64,000 nt of DNA from Octopus sinensis (GCF_006345805.1 NC_042997.1:35960001-36024000); one strand, 5' to 3'. Positions 1 to 12,060 are shown, numbered from the stretch's first letter. The notes: generated by a model from the letters alone, not told the origin. A program made the numbers and translations.

Positions 1-1000
1 TGAAGGAATCTGACACATACGCCTCGTGGGAAGACATGCGATTTTGATATGGATAAAGGTGCAGGGGTAGGGGTAAAAGGAGGTAGGGGTTAAATGGTGT
101 GGCTGATTGACTTTACACATTGTACGATACGTGGGGCTAAGATTTATGTGTGGGTGCTGGTATGTGTGGTGAGAAGGGGAGTGTCTGTGTGCGTGTGCAT
201 GTTTGTGGGTGTATGTATATGCAGTAGGGGCATAATGAGGTATGTGGACTGCATACTGAATAGGTACGGTGTAGAGAAAGTAGAGAAAGGAGATAGTATA
301 GAGGCAGGTGTACATGTCTGTGGTGGTGGGTTTAGATGATAAGAGCTGACGAATTGACATCAAAAGAGATTAAAGAATGAAAAAAAGAAAACATACACAT
401 GCTCTCAATGGAGGCGCGATTACGGGTGGCTACTGAGTAGTCCAAACTGCTGTAGGATATGAGCGGTCCAGCGGCAGTGGTAGGAGAAAGGAATACCGTT
501 GCCAAGTCTTACATCCCGGTGATGCTCGGCAAACCGGTCAGATAAATACGGATTTCTTTGGTCAAGGCAGACAGAATGACAAAGAGAGCGGATGCACGGT
601 CAATTGATCGGGTAAAGACGGTTTGGATAACACTGGATGGATATTTGTTGGTTGAAGTGGGATGCTATGAATTGAAGCTCGAAGTCATGGTTCCAACACC
701 ACAAAGTCAGCGGAGGCGGAAGAAATGAGAATAAGGGATGGAAAGTTTGATATACGTGGGGACAAGGAGATGTTGAGGTAGGTGTATAAGTGTGGGGGGT
801 TATAGTGAATGGAAGTAGAAAGATAGGAATTGGGGAGTGTAATAGAAACATAGTGAAAGTAGATAGAGGTGCTGTAGACAGAACAGGAAAATTAGATAGA
901 GAGAGATGGAAGACCTGAAGGAAAGACAGGAATGAGACGAGATGTATGCGGTGGAGTGAAGCACATTCTCTCTCGCATGTCCACTCCCTGAACCAGATGG
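1..1000 (-). mobile_element. Degenerate Penelope-like element (RT C-terminal region + GIY-YIG remnant + 3' UTR running off the window start)
   Basis: Minus-strand translation gives FLSFLQVFH (~905-935), SIPYSHFFRLR*LC...YPSSVIQT...IDRASAL (~590-750) and DRFAEHHRDVR (~505-540). These match PLE RT/thumb and GIY-YIG motifs. The frames carry stops and frameshifts. Confidence 0.7.
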
Positions 1001-1116
1001 TAAAATTCACACGCGAAAAAAAAAATCAATTTCGATAGAGAACAAGTTCAGCCAATAGGAGGAAGATCGATAATTATATCGTGTGTCTGAAAGTACAAGT
1101 TTACATACGTACCCCT

Positions 1117-1206
1117 GCATGTACGTATGTATGTATGTATGTATGTATGTATTTATGTATGTATGTATGTATGTATGTATGTGTGTATGTATGCATGTAT
1201 GTATGT
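1117..1206. repeat. (TATG)n microsatellite
   Basis: Directly visible tetranucleotide array. Confidence 0.95.
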
Positions 1207-1955
1207 CTCTCTGAGTGAGCATTATGATTGTTCGCCTGTGCAATCGTACGTGTCTACTATGTTAATAATCTAAATATTTTCGGGTTTAAACATTTTTTTC
1301 TTTAATTTCATTCTATATTTTCTTAATAGTTCTTATTGTTTATTTAACATAGAACCGTAAGTGCCTTTAGTCCATTAAAATTTTATAGACTTGCTCTACA
1401 TTTTCAGAAAGCAGTTGATGACTGGCAGATTTGTTACTACCTTTTAACCATTTTTTTCTTGAGTGGCTGTTGCAAGTGATTTAATGACGAAAACCAATTA
1501 CCGTTCGCTTAAGTACCTTAGAGTTAATCGTAAATCATATATAAATCTAACAGTATTGAATTACAAAGTTTTTGTATAATCCTTGTTCAGTAATATAATT
1601 GTTAGCATGCGAAAAGCTAATATATGATTCACTGAGAAAATGAAAATGAGAGGCTATAGAAATTTTAATGAACGTAGAAAAGATAATGTTCCAGGCTGAG
1701 TGTAGACGTATGCCCATAAAACTTTTGAAGTAATAGTAGATCCATCACTAACTACGTAATTTTATCCATCTTACCGCGTATTTGCGAAACAGGTGATATC
1801 TTAATCACTGTTTTCCTCTATGAGTTCCAACCTACTATTGAATAAGCATACCGTCACTAATTGATTCATCTAGTAAAACTACTGAAGAAAACAGAAATAT
1901 AGGAACTTATTGTCCGTTACTGATATGCTTCTACACTCTTCAGCGCTATAAGCAT

Positions 1956-1959
1956 ATAT

Positions 1960-2004
<45 letters not shown>

Positions 2005-2016
2005 TATATATATATA
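1956..2016. repeat. (TA)n microsatellite (one of dozens in the window)
   Basis: Directly visible. Similar (TA)n, (CA)n and (CT)n arrays occur throughout, e.g. 3180-3250, 5350-5410, 5980-6160, 19850-19960, 21840-21935, 22150-22210, 27345-27412, 36455-36535 and 57520-57600. Confidence 0.95.
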
Positions 2017-2512
2017 GTTTCAGATGAATGTGGTACTTAAGGTAAGGCACCAGAATTTAGTATGGTATTATCCATATAAATGAAAATAGGGTGATTATAA
2101 TCAAAATAAGCAACAATGATATCCAGAGGTAATGCAGTACGATCGTTTCATGCGACTCCATTTAATTGAACAATGCAAACATTGCATCAATTTAAAATGT
2201 AGAGCAATCTTCAGCTGCATAAAAATATAGAATTTAGTTAAATTCGAAGGATTCATTTGTATAGTTTTCTTTTTATCCAAAATCACCTATCCAATATCCT
2301 GCTGGTTGTGTACCCAATTATTCATACCCAAATGCTGGTTATTGCATGGCAATCTCGTCATTGAGTGTCACATATGGGCGGGGGTAAAAGTGGTTTACCA
2401 TTAATTTATACAGCAAATAAGAAAATGGGAGGATACAAAATGACATACATCAGTCGGTAGACATTCCAGTGGGTCTATTTATTCCAAAACATAAAAAAGT
2501 ATTAGAAGAAAA

Positions 2513-2970
2513 CGGTTCCTTACGGCCGTTTTTGCCAAGAGGCAACGAAATCCTCCTTGCCATCTCCATCTCTACTATAGGGATGGGCAGATAAAGTTTT
2601 GATGATGAGTGTCAGTATTAAGAAGGGCAGAAAAAGAATTGGACAAACATGAGGTTGGGGGAGAGGTACAACTTATTATAATGAATATAGGAAGGGGAAA
2701 TAAGCCACAAACCTCCCGTGATGTATTCCTGGATCCCTGTTACTTCGTCCAACGGTGGATAGGTGATTATAGGATAATAATGAAAAGCACACTGAACCTA
2801 TTGTTAACTATTTTATGTATTAGCCCTCCTAACCACTTATACCATCGAAAGAAGCCTAGAGGCACACACATAATCCAAACTTTATCTGCCCATCCCTACA
2901 GAATACTGAAGAGATGGAGATGGCATGGAGGATTTCTTTGTCTCTTGACAGAAACGGCCGTAAGGAACTG
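2513..2970. mobile_element. MITE with ~98-bp imperfect terminal inverted repeats
   Basis: 2513-2610 (cggttccttacggccgtttttgccaagaggcaacgaaatcctcc...gggatgggcagataaagttt) is the reverse complement of ~2868-2970, with scattered mismatches and one indel. The interior is non-coding and no clear TSD was seen. Confidence 0.75.
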
Positions 2971-3054
2971 ATCTTTTGATTTCCTTGTAATATGTGAAAC
3001 ACATAATTACTACATGTGTATGTTTTCTCCATTTTCTTATTTGCCGTATATATA

Positions 3055-3174
3055 TGCTCTTATTTGTTTCAGTCATTTGACTGTAGCCATGCAGGTGCTT
3101 CACTCTTAGCCGTACAAATCGATCCCAGAACTTATTCTTTGTAAGCCTAGTAACTTAGACACACACACATACCC

Positions 3175-3256
<82 letters not shown>

Positions 3257-3415
3257 CGATGGGCTTCTTTCAGTTCCCGTCTACCAAATCCACTCACAAG
3301 GATTTGGTCGGGCCGAAGCTATAGTAGAAGACACTTAACGAATGTGTCAAACTGTGAGACTGAACCAGGAACCATGTGGCTGGTAACCAAGCTACTTACC
3401 AGACAGCCACTCCTG
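3055..3415 (-). mobile_element. tRNA-derived CORE-type SINE (family B) with internal (CA)/(TA) microsatellite
   Basis: The reverse complement reads ggagtggctgtctggtaag (A-box-like), then ggttcagtc (B-box-like), then ttgtgagtggatttggtagacgggaactgaaagaagccc, a microsatellite, and a 3' module ending cagtcaaatgactgaaacaa. It aligns to the copy at 10073-10488. Confidence 0.8.
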
Positions 3416-3816
3416 CATACATATATAGCATTTATGCACATATACAAACAGAAACAGGCACACGCACATACATGCACACATTCGTGTGTGTGTGCGTGTG
3501 TGTGTGTGTATGAGTGCGTATGGGTCTGTATGTGTACGCAAATGTGTGTGTTTTAGATTAGGTGGATTTATTTATTACAAGTCTAGGACGGCAAGGCACC
3601 TAGTATGACCTTCACCACTTTAGTTGAATCGGACTCGCATTATTCAAAATATCCGATTATGATAAGTGTTCAAGTTTTCCTTTCTGCCTTGAAATTTTTA
3701 TATAATAATTTATAGTTTTTAAGCACACTATTTCTTTTTTACCTATTATCCCATAGTAAGCTGTTGTCTCCTTTCTTAATTTTATATCCTAATGAAGGAT
3801 CAACATATATATATAA

Positions 3817-4047
3817 GGCGTCGAGCTGGCAGAATCGTTAGCACGCCGGGCGAAATGCGTAGCCGTATTTCGTCTGCCGCTAGGTTCTGAGTTCAAATTC
3901 CGCCTAGGTCGACTTTGCCTTTCATCCTTTCGGGGTCGATAAATAAAGTACCAGTTACGCACTGGAATCGATATAATCGACTTAAACCGTTTGTCTGTCC
4001 TTGTTTGTCCTCTCCGTGTTTAGCCCCTTGTGGGTAGTAAAGAAATA
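3817..4047 (+). mobile_element. Full-length tRNA-derived SINE (family A)
   Basis: A-box tggcagaatcg, B-box gttcaaattc, central gcctttcatcctttcggggtcgataaataaagtaccag domain, tail tttgtctgtccttgtttgtcc...gtgggtagtaaagaaata. More than 10 related copies lie in the window. Confidence 0.9.
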
Positions 4048-4742
4048 TATATATATATATGCCCACACACGCATACATACTTGCTGACGTACACTCAGCT
4101 TTGTACCTGTTGGATACTAAACATTCATACATGAGTGCTATTAAAAAAACAGAGACTCCGTATGAAAATATAAATGATAATCTCGAACTATTTTCAAATA
4201 AAAGATTTGTATCGTTTCTTTATAAAATGATGAACATTTTTGATATATATTGAAAACTCCGACAACGGTGACGACATCTTTCCCTTTTATACACATATAA
4301 ATCATTATATAGTGCAATTGTTAGACTTACCTTAAATGTTTTTTTTACCCCTTCCCGAAACGGTACTTCCAATTCTCTAAATTTTTGTGGAAAGTTTTTT
4401 TTTCTCTCTCTCAATTTCTCCTACTTTAAGTAACTCACACGCACGGACTTTTATTTCAAACATGTAATATTGATTACTTAATATTTACTATTTAATGTTT
4501 ACGTAGAAAGAGCCTAACCAAACTTCGTACATTTTTTATCGAGATTCTTCCTAAGCTGCCAGAGATACTGGCAGACAATCACAACACATTGCAGTTTTGA
4601 TCAACATTTGCAACGTAAACAAATTTCCACACACCTCTTTTCATTTGATTGATAAGAATCACATTCATGTCCACACGTTGTCATATATTTATGAACGTAC
4701 AACACTCATCCACCACACACACACACACACACACACACACAC

Positions 4743-4776
<34 letters not shown>

Positions 4777-5249
4777 AATGTAACAGTGTGTGTATATAGG
4801 ACTCGTCTACGTATATATTTGTGATTTGATATGCTAGCCTAAATATGAATTTACGTATGAAGGTTTGACTGCTCATTTATCGTGAAATCGTTTACGAACT
4901 TAGCCTAATGCAATTTCCTGCTCAAGCAGCTGTGTCATTGCTTGGGCCTGCTATGGAAAACGTATCCTCTGTTGAGGGTCTGTATTTGGGTTTAATATCA
5001 AAGAAGCAGATATCTTAACAAATAATAATTTGCAAAATGAACTGCACATGAATTAATCATTGAGTTTCATCCTTGCTAATATGTAGAAAGCGAATATGAA
5101 AAAAATATTTAATTATGCTATTTATCATATTTATGTGTTATATCATATTCCATAATTATATTACATTACATTTAGGTGGTGAGCTACCTGATCGATATAT
5201 GCTTAGGGCATTTCATTGGTCATTAGTTTCGGAGATCATATCGTGGCAT

Positions 5250-5350
5250 GGTTCATTTTACCTTTCGTACGTTCCATTAAATAAGTACCAGTTGTAAAGT
5301 TTGATCCTACACCGCAAAATATCAGGTCTCATGCCTATACAAGAAAGGGT
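5250..5350 (+). mobile_element. Degenerate family A SINE fragment (tail type 2)
   Basis: aaataagtaccagttg...caaaatatcaggtctcatgcctatacaagaaaggg resembles the copies at 16722-16856 and 17612-17812. Confidence 0.5.
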
Positions 5351-5367
5351 TTTATATATATATATAT

Positions 5368-5412
<45 letters not shown>

Positions 5413-5510
5413 GGTGTAAACACATAAATGTGAAACAAGGTGGAAAAAGAGAGTACTCAAATACCAGTGGTAGAGTAATATGCTTTATTTCAAGCAGCAG
5501 AAAATTCAAC

Positions 5511-5557
5511 AAAACTGTTACTCTGAGTTTCTCGTTGCCGTTCATCGGACAGTTTTT
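5511..5557 (-). ncRNA. Type I hammerhead-ribozyme-like motif, mirror copy on the minus strand
   Basis: The reverse complement reads aaaactgt-ccgatga-acggcaacga-gaa-actcagagt-a-acagtttt, with a perfect 8-bp stem I. Confidence 0.55.
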
Positions 5558-5599
5558 GCTAGAATAGAACCGATATGACAAATCGGTTCTATTCTGGCA

Positions 5600-5646
5600 A
5601 AAACTGTCCGATGAACGGCAACGGGAAACTCAGAGTAACAGGTTTT
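5600..5646 (+). ncRNA. Type I hammerhead-ribozyme-like motif (U4C variant), plus-strand copy
   Basis: Stem I AAAACUGU/ACAG(G)UUUU; core CCGAUGA (5608-5614); short stem II (A)CG-GCAA-CG(G) with a GNRA loop; GAA; stem III ACUC-A-GAGU; cleavage triplet GUA (5635-5637). Activity is untested. Confidence 0.55.
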
Positions 5647-5975
5647 GTTGAATTTTCTGCTGCTTGAAATAAAGTATATATATATATATAGTAAGATAGA
5701 TAGATAGATATGTTTATATAGTTAAACAGATAAATAGTAATATATACACACATATTTTTAAACGATATATAATATATCTGATGAAATATAGTTATAGTGC
5801 TTTCGGGATTTATTGAGTTCTTCAGATTTAACTTTGACAAAATATGCGTTGGTTTTCGTTCAAGTCATTGAAATATATGTCTTGACAAAGGTTTGTTGAA
5901 TTTTTCTAGTCTTTCTTATCTCTGATTTGCTTTCTCGACAGCATAAATTATATTTATAATATCTCTGCAGTAATT

Positions 5976-6019
<44 letters not shown>

Positions 6020-6115
6020 CTTTCTCTCTCCCTTTCACACACACTTTCCTTTCCCGTCTATCACTATTTCAGTCTTTCTCTTACTCTCTCTGTCTGTTTC
6101 TGTCTCTTCTGTCTG

Positions 6116-6163
<48 letters not shown>

Positions 6164-6799
6164 ATTCGATTTATAAAAAGAAAAAGGGTAAATTTTTAAA
6201 ATGTAATATTTCATTAGAAAATATCAAAGGATATGCCCTGAATGTCCGTCTGCTTTTCCGTGTTGATAGATCCTATTTTTTAGAACGTTAATAGCCATTT
6301 TATAACTTTCCGGATAATTACCGACTTTATTTAAGCTACATCCTTCAGATCAAGATTTTGGTTGATGGACATTTTCTTTATGAATGAGAGGATTGCATAG
6401 TAGTTAGCAGAAATAGCATTACACTGTAACTGTAATGAAACGCCCCAAAAATGTAAATGGCTCTAAAAAGGAAAGGCTATTGAAAAGTGCATGAAGGAAG
6501 GGAAAATTAATGGAGACAGAAATGACAGAAACGGGATAATAATGGAGCAAAATTTACGCGCTGACAAGTAGGGTGAGCTTCCGTGTGCACTCTTCTTTAC
6601 TAATCGCTTGAAAAATTGCCAAAAAAAAAATATATATGGTCCAATATTCACCAAATTTTAACAAATGGAAATGAAAAGAGTTACTCAACGTTCCTAATGA
6701 ACGTATTTTTTATTACTATCTATTATAGCCATCAAAATTTGTATGACATTGGGACAAAAAGCTTGCCTATGTAGTTAGGGTCCCTTTACAGTGTGAGCT

Positions 6800-6930
6800 G
6801 TGCTCGAACCCTACTCATATTTGTCTTTCATCTTTCTGGGATCATTAAAATAAAGTACCACTTTAATCCTAATCGATCTGAACAAATTTCCTCGAATACA
6901 TGGCCTTATGGCAATATTAACAATCAATAT
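6800..6930 (+). mobile_element. Highly degenerate family A SINE
   Basis: tgtctttcatctttctgggatcattaaaataaagtacca resembles the family A central domain. Confidence 0.45.
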
Positions 6931-9238
6931 TTGAGAGACGTTACTATCTGATTCTAAGATAGCATTTATCTATTGTACACGAAATATTAATAGTATCTTT
7001 ATTGTTTTTAATTTTTAGTGTATTTGATGTAATTTTATGCAATAACCTGCAGGTTACAAAGATAAACTAATCCCTCTCCGCTAATTATGATAAACCAGGA
7101 CTTTTCCATGTTTTGTCAAAAAACGAATGTAATCGATAAAAGTAGTGATCAAAGTAGTAAGGGTTACAAAATAGGTCTACCAAAAAACTTAAACTTGAAA
7201 AATCAAGAACGTTTTAAAACATATTCCTCTGATAATTTGAAGCTATTCATAACTTTTCATAATTCGTTTCTTAGGCGCTGCAAATATTTCAAAGAAAAAC
7301 TAAAAGAGTCCAAATGGATGATACTCTGTGGAGAAATGAACAGATTTATAGTTTAGGTTTGCTGCTGCAAATCTGAGAAGTAACAAGGTTGACGAGAGGT
7401 GCCGAAATGAGTGAGTCAGTGTACCTAATAGAGTACGGATGCAACCCTTCTGCTCTGGGCTGCAGAGGACACCGAATTAATAGTTATAGACAATACACAG
7501 ATAAAAGACTGTACAAATGTGGTCTGAGACTGGTGTATTTCTATTAATAGTTTAATTTATGTGGCGTTTCACTGGCTTTACCTAAGGTGACTCAGAGTGC
7601 AGCAGCATCGCAAATTAGAAGCAAAACGCATAAGTACAATAAGATGTGTGTTAAAGAATTAATCACAGAAATTAAGATGGGGTAACTCGCAAAATTGTTT
7701 ATATACTAAATCTGCTCTCGAATTGCGAATATTGGAAGTATATAGTACATATAACATTATCTGGGCTTTCTCTCATTAATTATAAGTATTTGTTTCCAGG
7801 CAATTCTATTTTAAGAGAGGTAGCTATAAATAATCATGTGAAACTGTTATATATATATAAAAAGATCATGTATATTTATAAAAGTTTAACAAATCGAAAT
7901 GATAATAGAATGTTTGGAATTTTGCCCCTTAAGTATGCTCTAGAGTTGTTTCTTCTCATTGATTATTTTTTCATGCGAGATCGAAGTACAAGAATGAAAG
8001 AAATAATAATTTCCTCTACATTCAGATTCAGATAGACAATGTTATCACATTTATTTCCGCTAACAATATTCGAGCTTCTGTTCAGTACTGTCATAATTTT
8101 AATAGACAGCATTATAATTAAGCTTAATGGCACATTTCCGTGTTATTTGACAACTGAAATGAAATTAGCAAGTTTTAATTAGTATATGATGCAATAATAT
8201 TATAGCAAGTCTTCGTTATTTTTTATATGCATATTTCTTGCTTTGTGTATATCACTATAAATAATTTAACAATTTATATATATTGAACTAAACGTCATTA
8301 AACCAGAGAAACATTTCGCAGTCCAATAATATATATTACGTACATTGATTTAAATATATATTACATAGAAACATATTCTCAAGTGAATATTGGCGACGAT
8401 CTAATATCCCAGATCAAGAAATATGCGCAACGCATATACGAGATGTACAGCATCGTTGATGCAGCATTCCTATATTAATTCAATGTAAGATTAAAATATA
8501 CTGATAAAATAATTGATATGTGTTAGGAGGAGGCATATACATTCGGTGAAGAAATATAACAAGGAGTCCAGTATACGCCGTGATCCCACCTACTAACCCG
8601 GTGTACCCAATTACTAAGTCTGCATTCGAAAACGGCTGCTCATAATACAACTGCCTGTTGTAAGAGTAATATTTGATATTTTTGATAGAAAATATGCATT
8701 TTTAATGACTGGAAAACATCGAACCCTGAAAATCCGAATATATCACCCAGTACTAGGATATACTATGCTTTGTGTCCGGACAATGATGACCACACACATT
8801 CAGGCATTTCGACAATGCAATGCCACTAGATACCACTGACGACCTAACCGCATCAATTTCAGTATATTAGAAACCACTCCTACAGGCCCATGCTTCAAGC
8901 AGTGATGATAGGATGTTGCATAAATTTTGGAGCATTAGATCTGCTGTCACTGCGTCATCGTTCCAACGACATGTCCGATATGACTAAAGGGGATAAATTT
9001 CTCCCTATAAAAAAGAAGCCATTTACTTTCTTTTTCCACTCTGTCAGCACATGTCGGAAGAACTATTGTGATTTTGTTTGTTTTTGTGTTTTCCATGAGG
9101 AGCAAAATGAATGAGTTATTAAAAAAACACAAATCCGCTAGATATACTGAGTGATAGATGTGTTAATTTTCTTACACACTCATGTATATATGTATGCAAA
9201 CACACAAACACGCGTCCGAGTAAGCATGTATGTATATG

Positions 9239-9283
<45 letters not shown>

Positions 9284-9287
<4 letters not shown>

Positions 9288-9430
9288 CTTTACTACTCAC
9301 AAGGGACTAAACAGAGAGCAGACAAACAAGGACAGACAAAAGGATTAAGTCGATTACATCGACCCCAGTGCGTAACTGGTACTTAATTTATCAACCCCAA
9401 AAGGATGAAAGGCAAATTCAACCTCGGCGG

Positions 9431-9434
<4 letters not shown>
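9284..9434 (-). mobile_element. 5'-truncated family A SINE between two (TA)n arrays
   Basis: Reverse complement of the central domain and tail of 3817-4047. Confidence 0.85.
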
Positions 9435-9483
<49 letters not shown>

Positions 9484-9494
9484 TACACACAGAG

Positions 9495-9536
<42 letters not shown>

Positions 9537-10072
9537 ATATAATAGGCATATGCGTAGCATTCAATGGGTTACATGTTTTATTTAAAAGTTTTATAAAATG
9601 GCACGTCCTATAACAAACGATGGGTATTTTAATGAATGTTCAATTTGAAATGCATTTTGGATGTGTACGTTTGAGTGTTTGTGAAGTCTGTGTATTTGTG
9701 TGTGTCCATGTATGCCTGTATGTGTGTGTGTGGCATGAGTCTGTGTGTGCGCGCGCGTGTGCGTGTATGTGTGTATTTTTCTGTATGTATATTTAAACAT
9801 CGAGCACATAAAACAAAAACGCGTATTCTGATATATTTTCAAATCTCGAGCTTTGAATACAAATTATATAACTTAGTGAAAATCTCCGGTAAAGTTTTCA
9901 GTTTTGTTTGGACAAAAAGTGTTGCTATATCTACAACTGAAAAATTCTCTGAGTACGACTCAATGAAATGATAATTCTTGATTTACTCTCCCCTACATTG
10001 CGAGGCTCCAATTACCTCACACACCCACTGGTTTCAGTCTTCTATCAGAGTGACGTCAAACTAACTTGTATT

Positions 10073-10488
10073 AGTAAAGTAGCTTGCTAACCAACCACAT
10101 GGTTCCGGGTTCAGTCCCACTGCGTGGCATCTTGGGCAAGTGTCCTCTGCTATAGCCCCGGGCCGACCAATGCCTTGTGAGTGGATTTGGTAGAGGGAAA
10201 CTGAAAGAAGCCTGTCGTATATATGTATATATATATATATATATGTATGTATGTGTGTTTGTATGTGTGTTTGTTTGTGTGTCTGTGTTTGTCACCCCCC
10301 CCCCAAACATCGCTTGACAACCGATGCTGGTGTGTTTATGTCCCCGTTACTTAGCGGTTCGGCAAAAGAGACCGATATAATAAGTACTGGGCTTACAAAA
10401 AGAATAAGTCCCGGGGTCGAGTTGCTCGATTAAAGGCGGTGCTCCAGCATGGCCGCAGTGAAATGACTAAAACAAGTAAAAGAGTATA
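10073..10488 (+). mobile_element. Family B CORE-type SINE with internal microsatellite
   Basis: ggttccgggttcagtccc B-box, catcttgggcaagtgt CORE-like segment, internal (TA)/(TG) tract, and a 3' module ending gaaatgactaaaacaagtaaaagag. Confidence 0.85.
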
Positions 10489-10628
10489 GACATTAGTTTT
10501 TCCGTTTACTCTGACAACTTGTTTATTCGATGGTAATATGGGTATAAACGCGTACATATCTACATGCATATTTACATATACATAAGCGTATGAATTTCCA
10601 TGTGTGTGAGCATGTGAAAAATTATAGA

Positions 10629-10663
<35 letters not shown>

Positions 10664-11412
10664 AATATATATATATATATACACACATTTATGTAAATAT
10701 GGTCCACTTATACAATTTTATTGAATGCGTATCTATGTGCAAACAACTATTTGGATACGAATCTAAAAGGAAGTAGTTATTGATGTCGTTGCTATTATGC
10801 TAATATTTCAAACAGAATTACACGTTGAAGATAATTTCCGATTTAATATCCATTTGAATTCATATATATATATATATATATATATATGAATTTTTGTGTG
10901 AAGTGTATGTTGCATCATGTGAGAAATGAATATAAACATTTTACCGGTTCTCCTTTTAAATTCAACTTAATATGATTCATTCACTGCAAACGATTCTAGT
11001 ATTTTGCGAAATGCTCTATGTAAATATTTAGTTAAATAATCTATGATTAAAATGGTCAGGTACATCTGGTAGCAAAAGATTACGTTCATATGTTGTGCAG
11101 TGCCTTTTCCCACGCTTCTTCAATATTATATGTTACGAGCACACTCGTATATATACATATATAGCTGGATGAACATTATGCACGTCATGAGGTATTTTGG
11201 AGTGCTGATGAAATGACTCGCACTATGGAACGAATGACTGTGAGGACCTTTAGAGAGATGATGAAAAGTAAGTGTGTCAATAAAAGGTGTATCAGGATGC
11301 ATGCCCGGGATGTACTTCTGGGAAAAAAATAATGGGTGTGATTAAAAATAATATGGCCTGGTTTGAAGAAAAAATATTTCGAAACGACCGACTTGATGCA
11401 TATTGGGTGTTA

Positions 11413-11450
<38 letters not shown>

Positions 11451-11454
<4 letters not shown>

Positions 11455-12060
11455 AAATGGGACAAGGAAACATCCAGATAGACGATACAAAGAAAACAAG
11501 GACGGGTCATTCGAAGTTTTATTTCCTCAGTACCTGATTATTTTCGCGATTTCGGCTGATTAGAGTTGAGATTGCTCCAACCTGGCCAGCCCCAAGGAAA
11601 CACTAAGCTAACAGCATTAGATTCCTAGGAAGATAGCAGAAGAAAAAAAAGACGGATGGGAAAAACGGACAATGTTATACAAATACAATAAAAAATGCTT
11701 GCTTCTCCTTTTTCAAGATCAGTGACTTTTCGCCACTGGAAAAAGTAAATGTATTTGTATTGAGAAGTCAATTCTTAACCCCAGCCGGAGGTTGTCGCAC
11801 GCTAATCACAGGTTATTACCCAGAAACTCAGGTCCGTATGTATCACGCCAGACTGGAAAAGGGAACGATGATTTCCCTTTGCAAATATGGAAAGGGCACA
11901 GACAGTGTGTCAATAACCAGCTGGAGCAGATGTCATCCTGGGGCTATAAACCACAGTAGCATCGTCCCTTATGGATCAGCCACATTTAGGTGGCAAATAT
12001 ACTTCATGATGTCCTGCAGCTACTGTTTATATTTCGCTCAGAGTTTTATTATTGCTTATA
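11451..12060 (-). mobile_element. Probable retroelement (PLE-like) 3' terminal region abutting (TA)n
   Basis: A non-coding, GC-richer block ending on the minus strand in ...cgtccttgttttctttgtatcgtctatctggatgtttccttgtcccattttgtg(TA)n, the same terminus style as the other PLE ends here. No diagnostic protein motif was found. Confidence 0.35.

Larger units (their letters stand above)
5411..5674. mobile_element. Palindromic non-autonomous PLE-terminus-like element (two copies reading outward from the centre)
   Basis: 5483-5574 and 5582-5674 are reverse complements with 2 mismatches, 1 indel and a 7-nt loop (atgacaa). The left copy continues to 5411, and both ends abut (TA)n. The PLE assignment is inferred from the HHR-like motif and terminus style. 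Confidence 0.65.

Noticed and set aside
3817-3910. tRNA-like A/B boxes (here and in other SINE heads)
   Set aside because: They are SINE heads, do not fold into a full cloverleaf, and are not tRNA genes.
8370-8760. Peptide fragments (ISQIKKYAQRIYEM, IPPT, LHSKTAAH) suggestive of an unclassified DNA transposon
   Set aside because: Too degraded to support a call without a database search.
11165-11267. Open segment LDEHYARHEVFWSADEMTRTMERMTVRTFREMMK ending at GTAAGT; faint piggyBac-like similarity
   Set aside because: Poor acceptor and a similarity too weak to assign as either an exon or a transposase.
11485-11640. Minus-strand CUGAGGA...CGAAU and GGCUG...CAGCCGAAAU motifs as possible HHRs
   Set aside because: A15.1/U16.1 and stem I cannot be formed; they are at best degenerate remnants.
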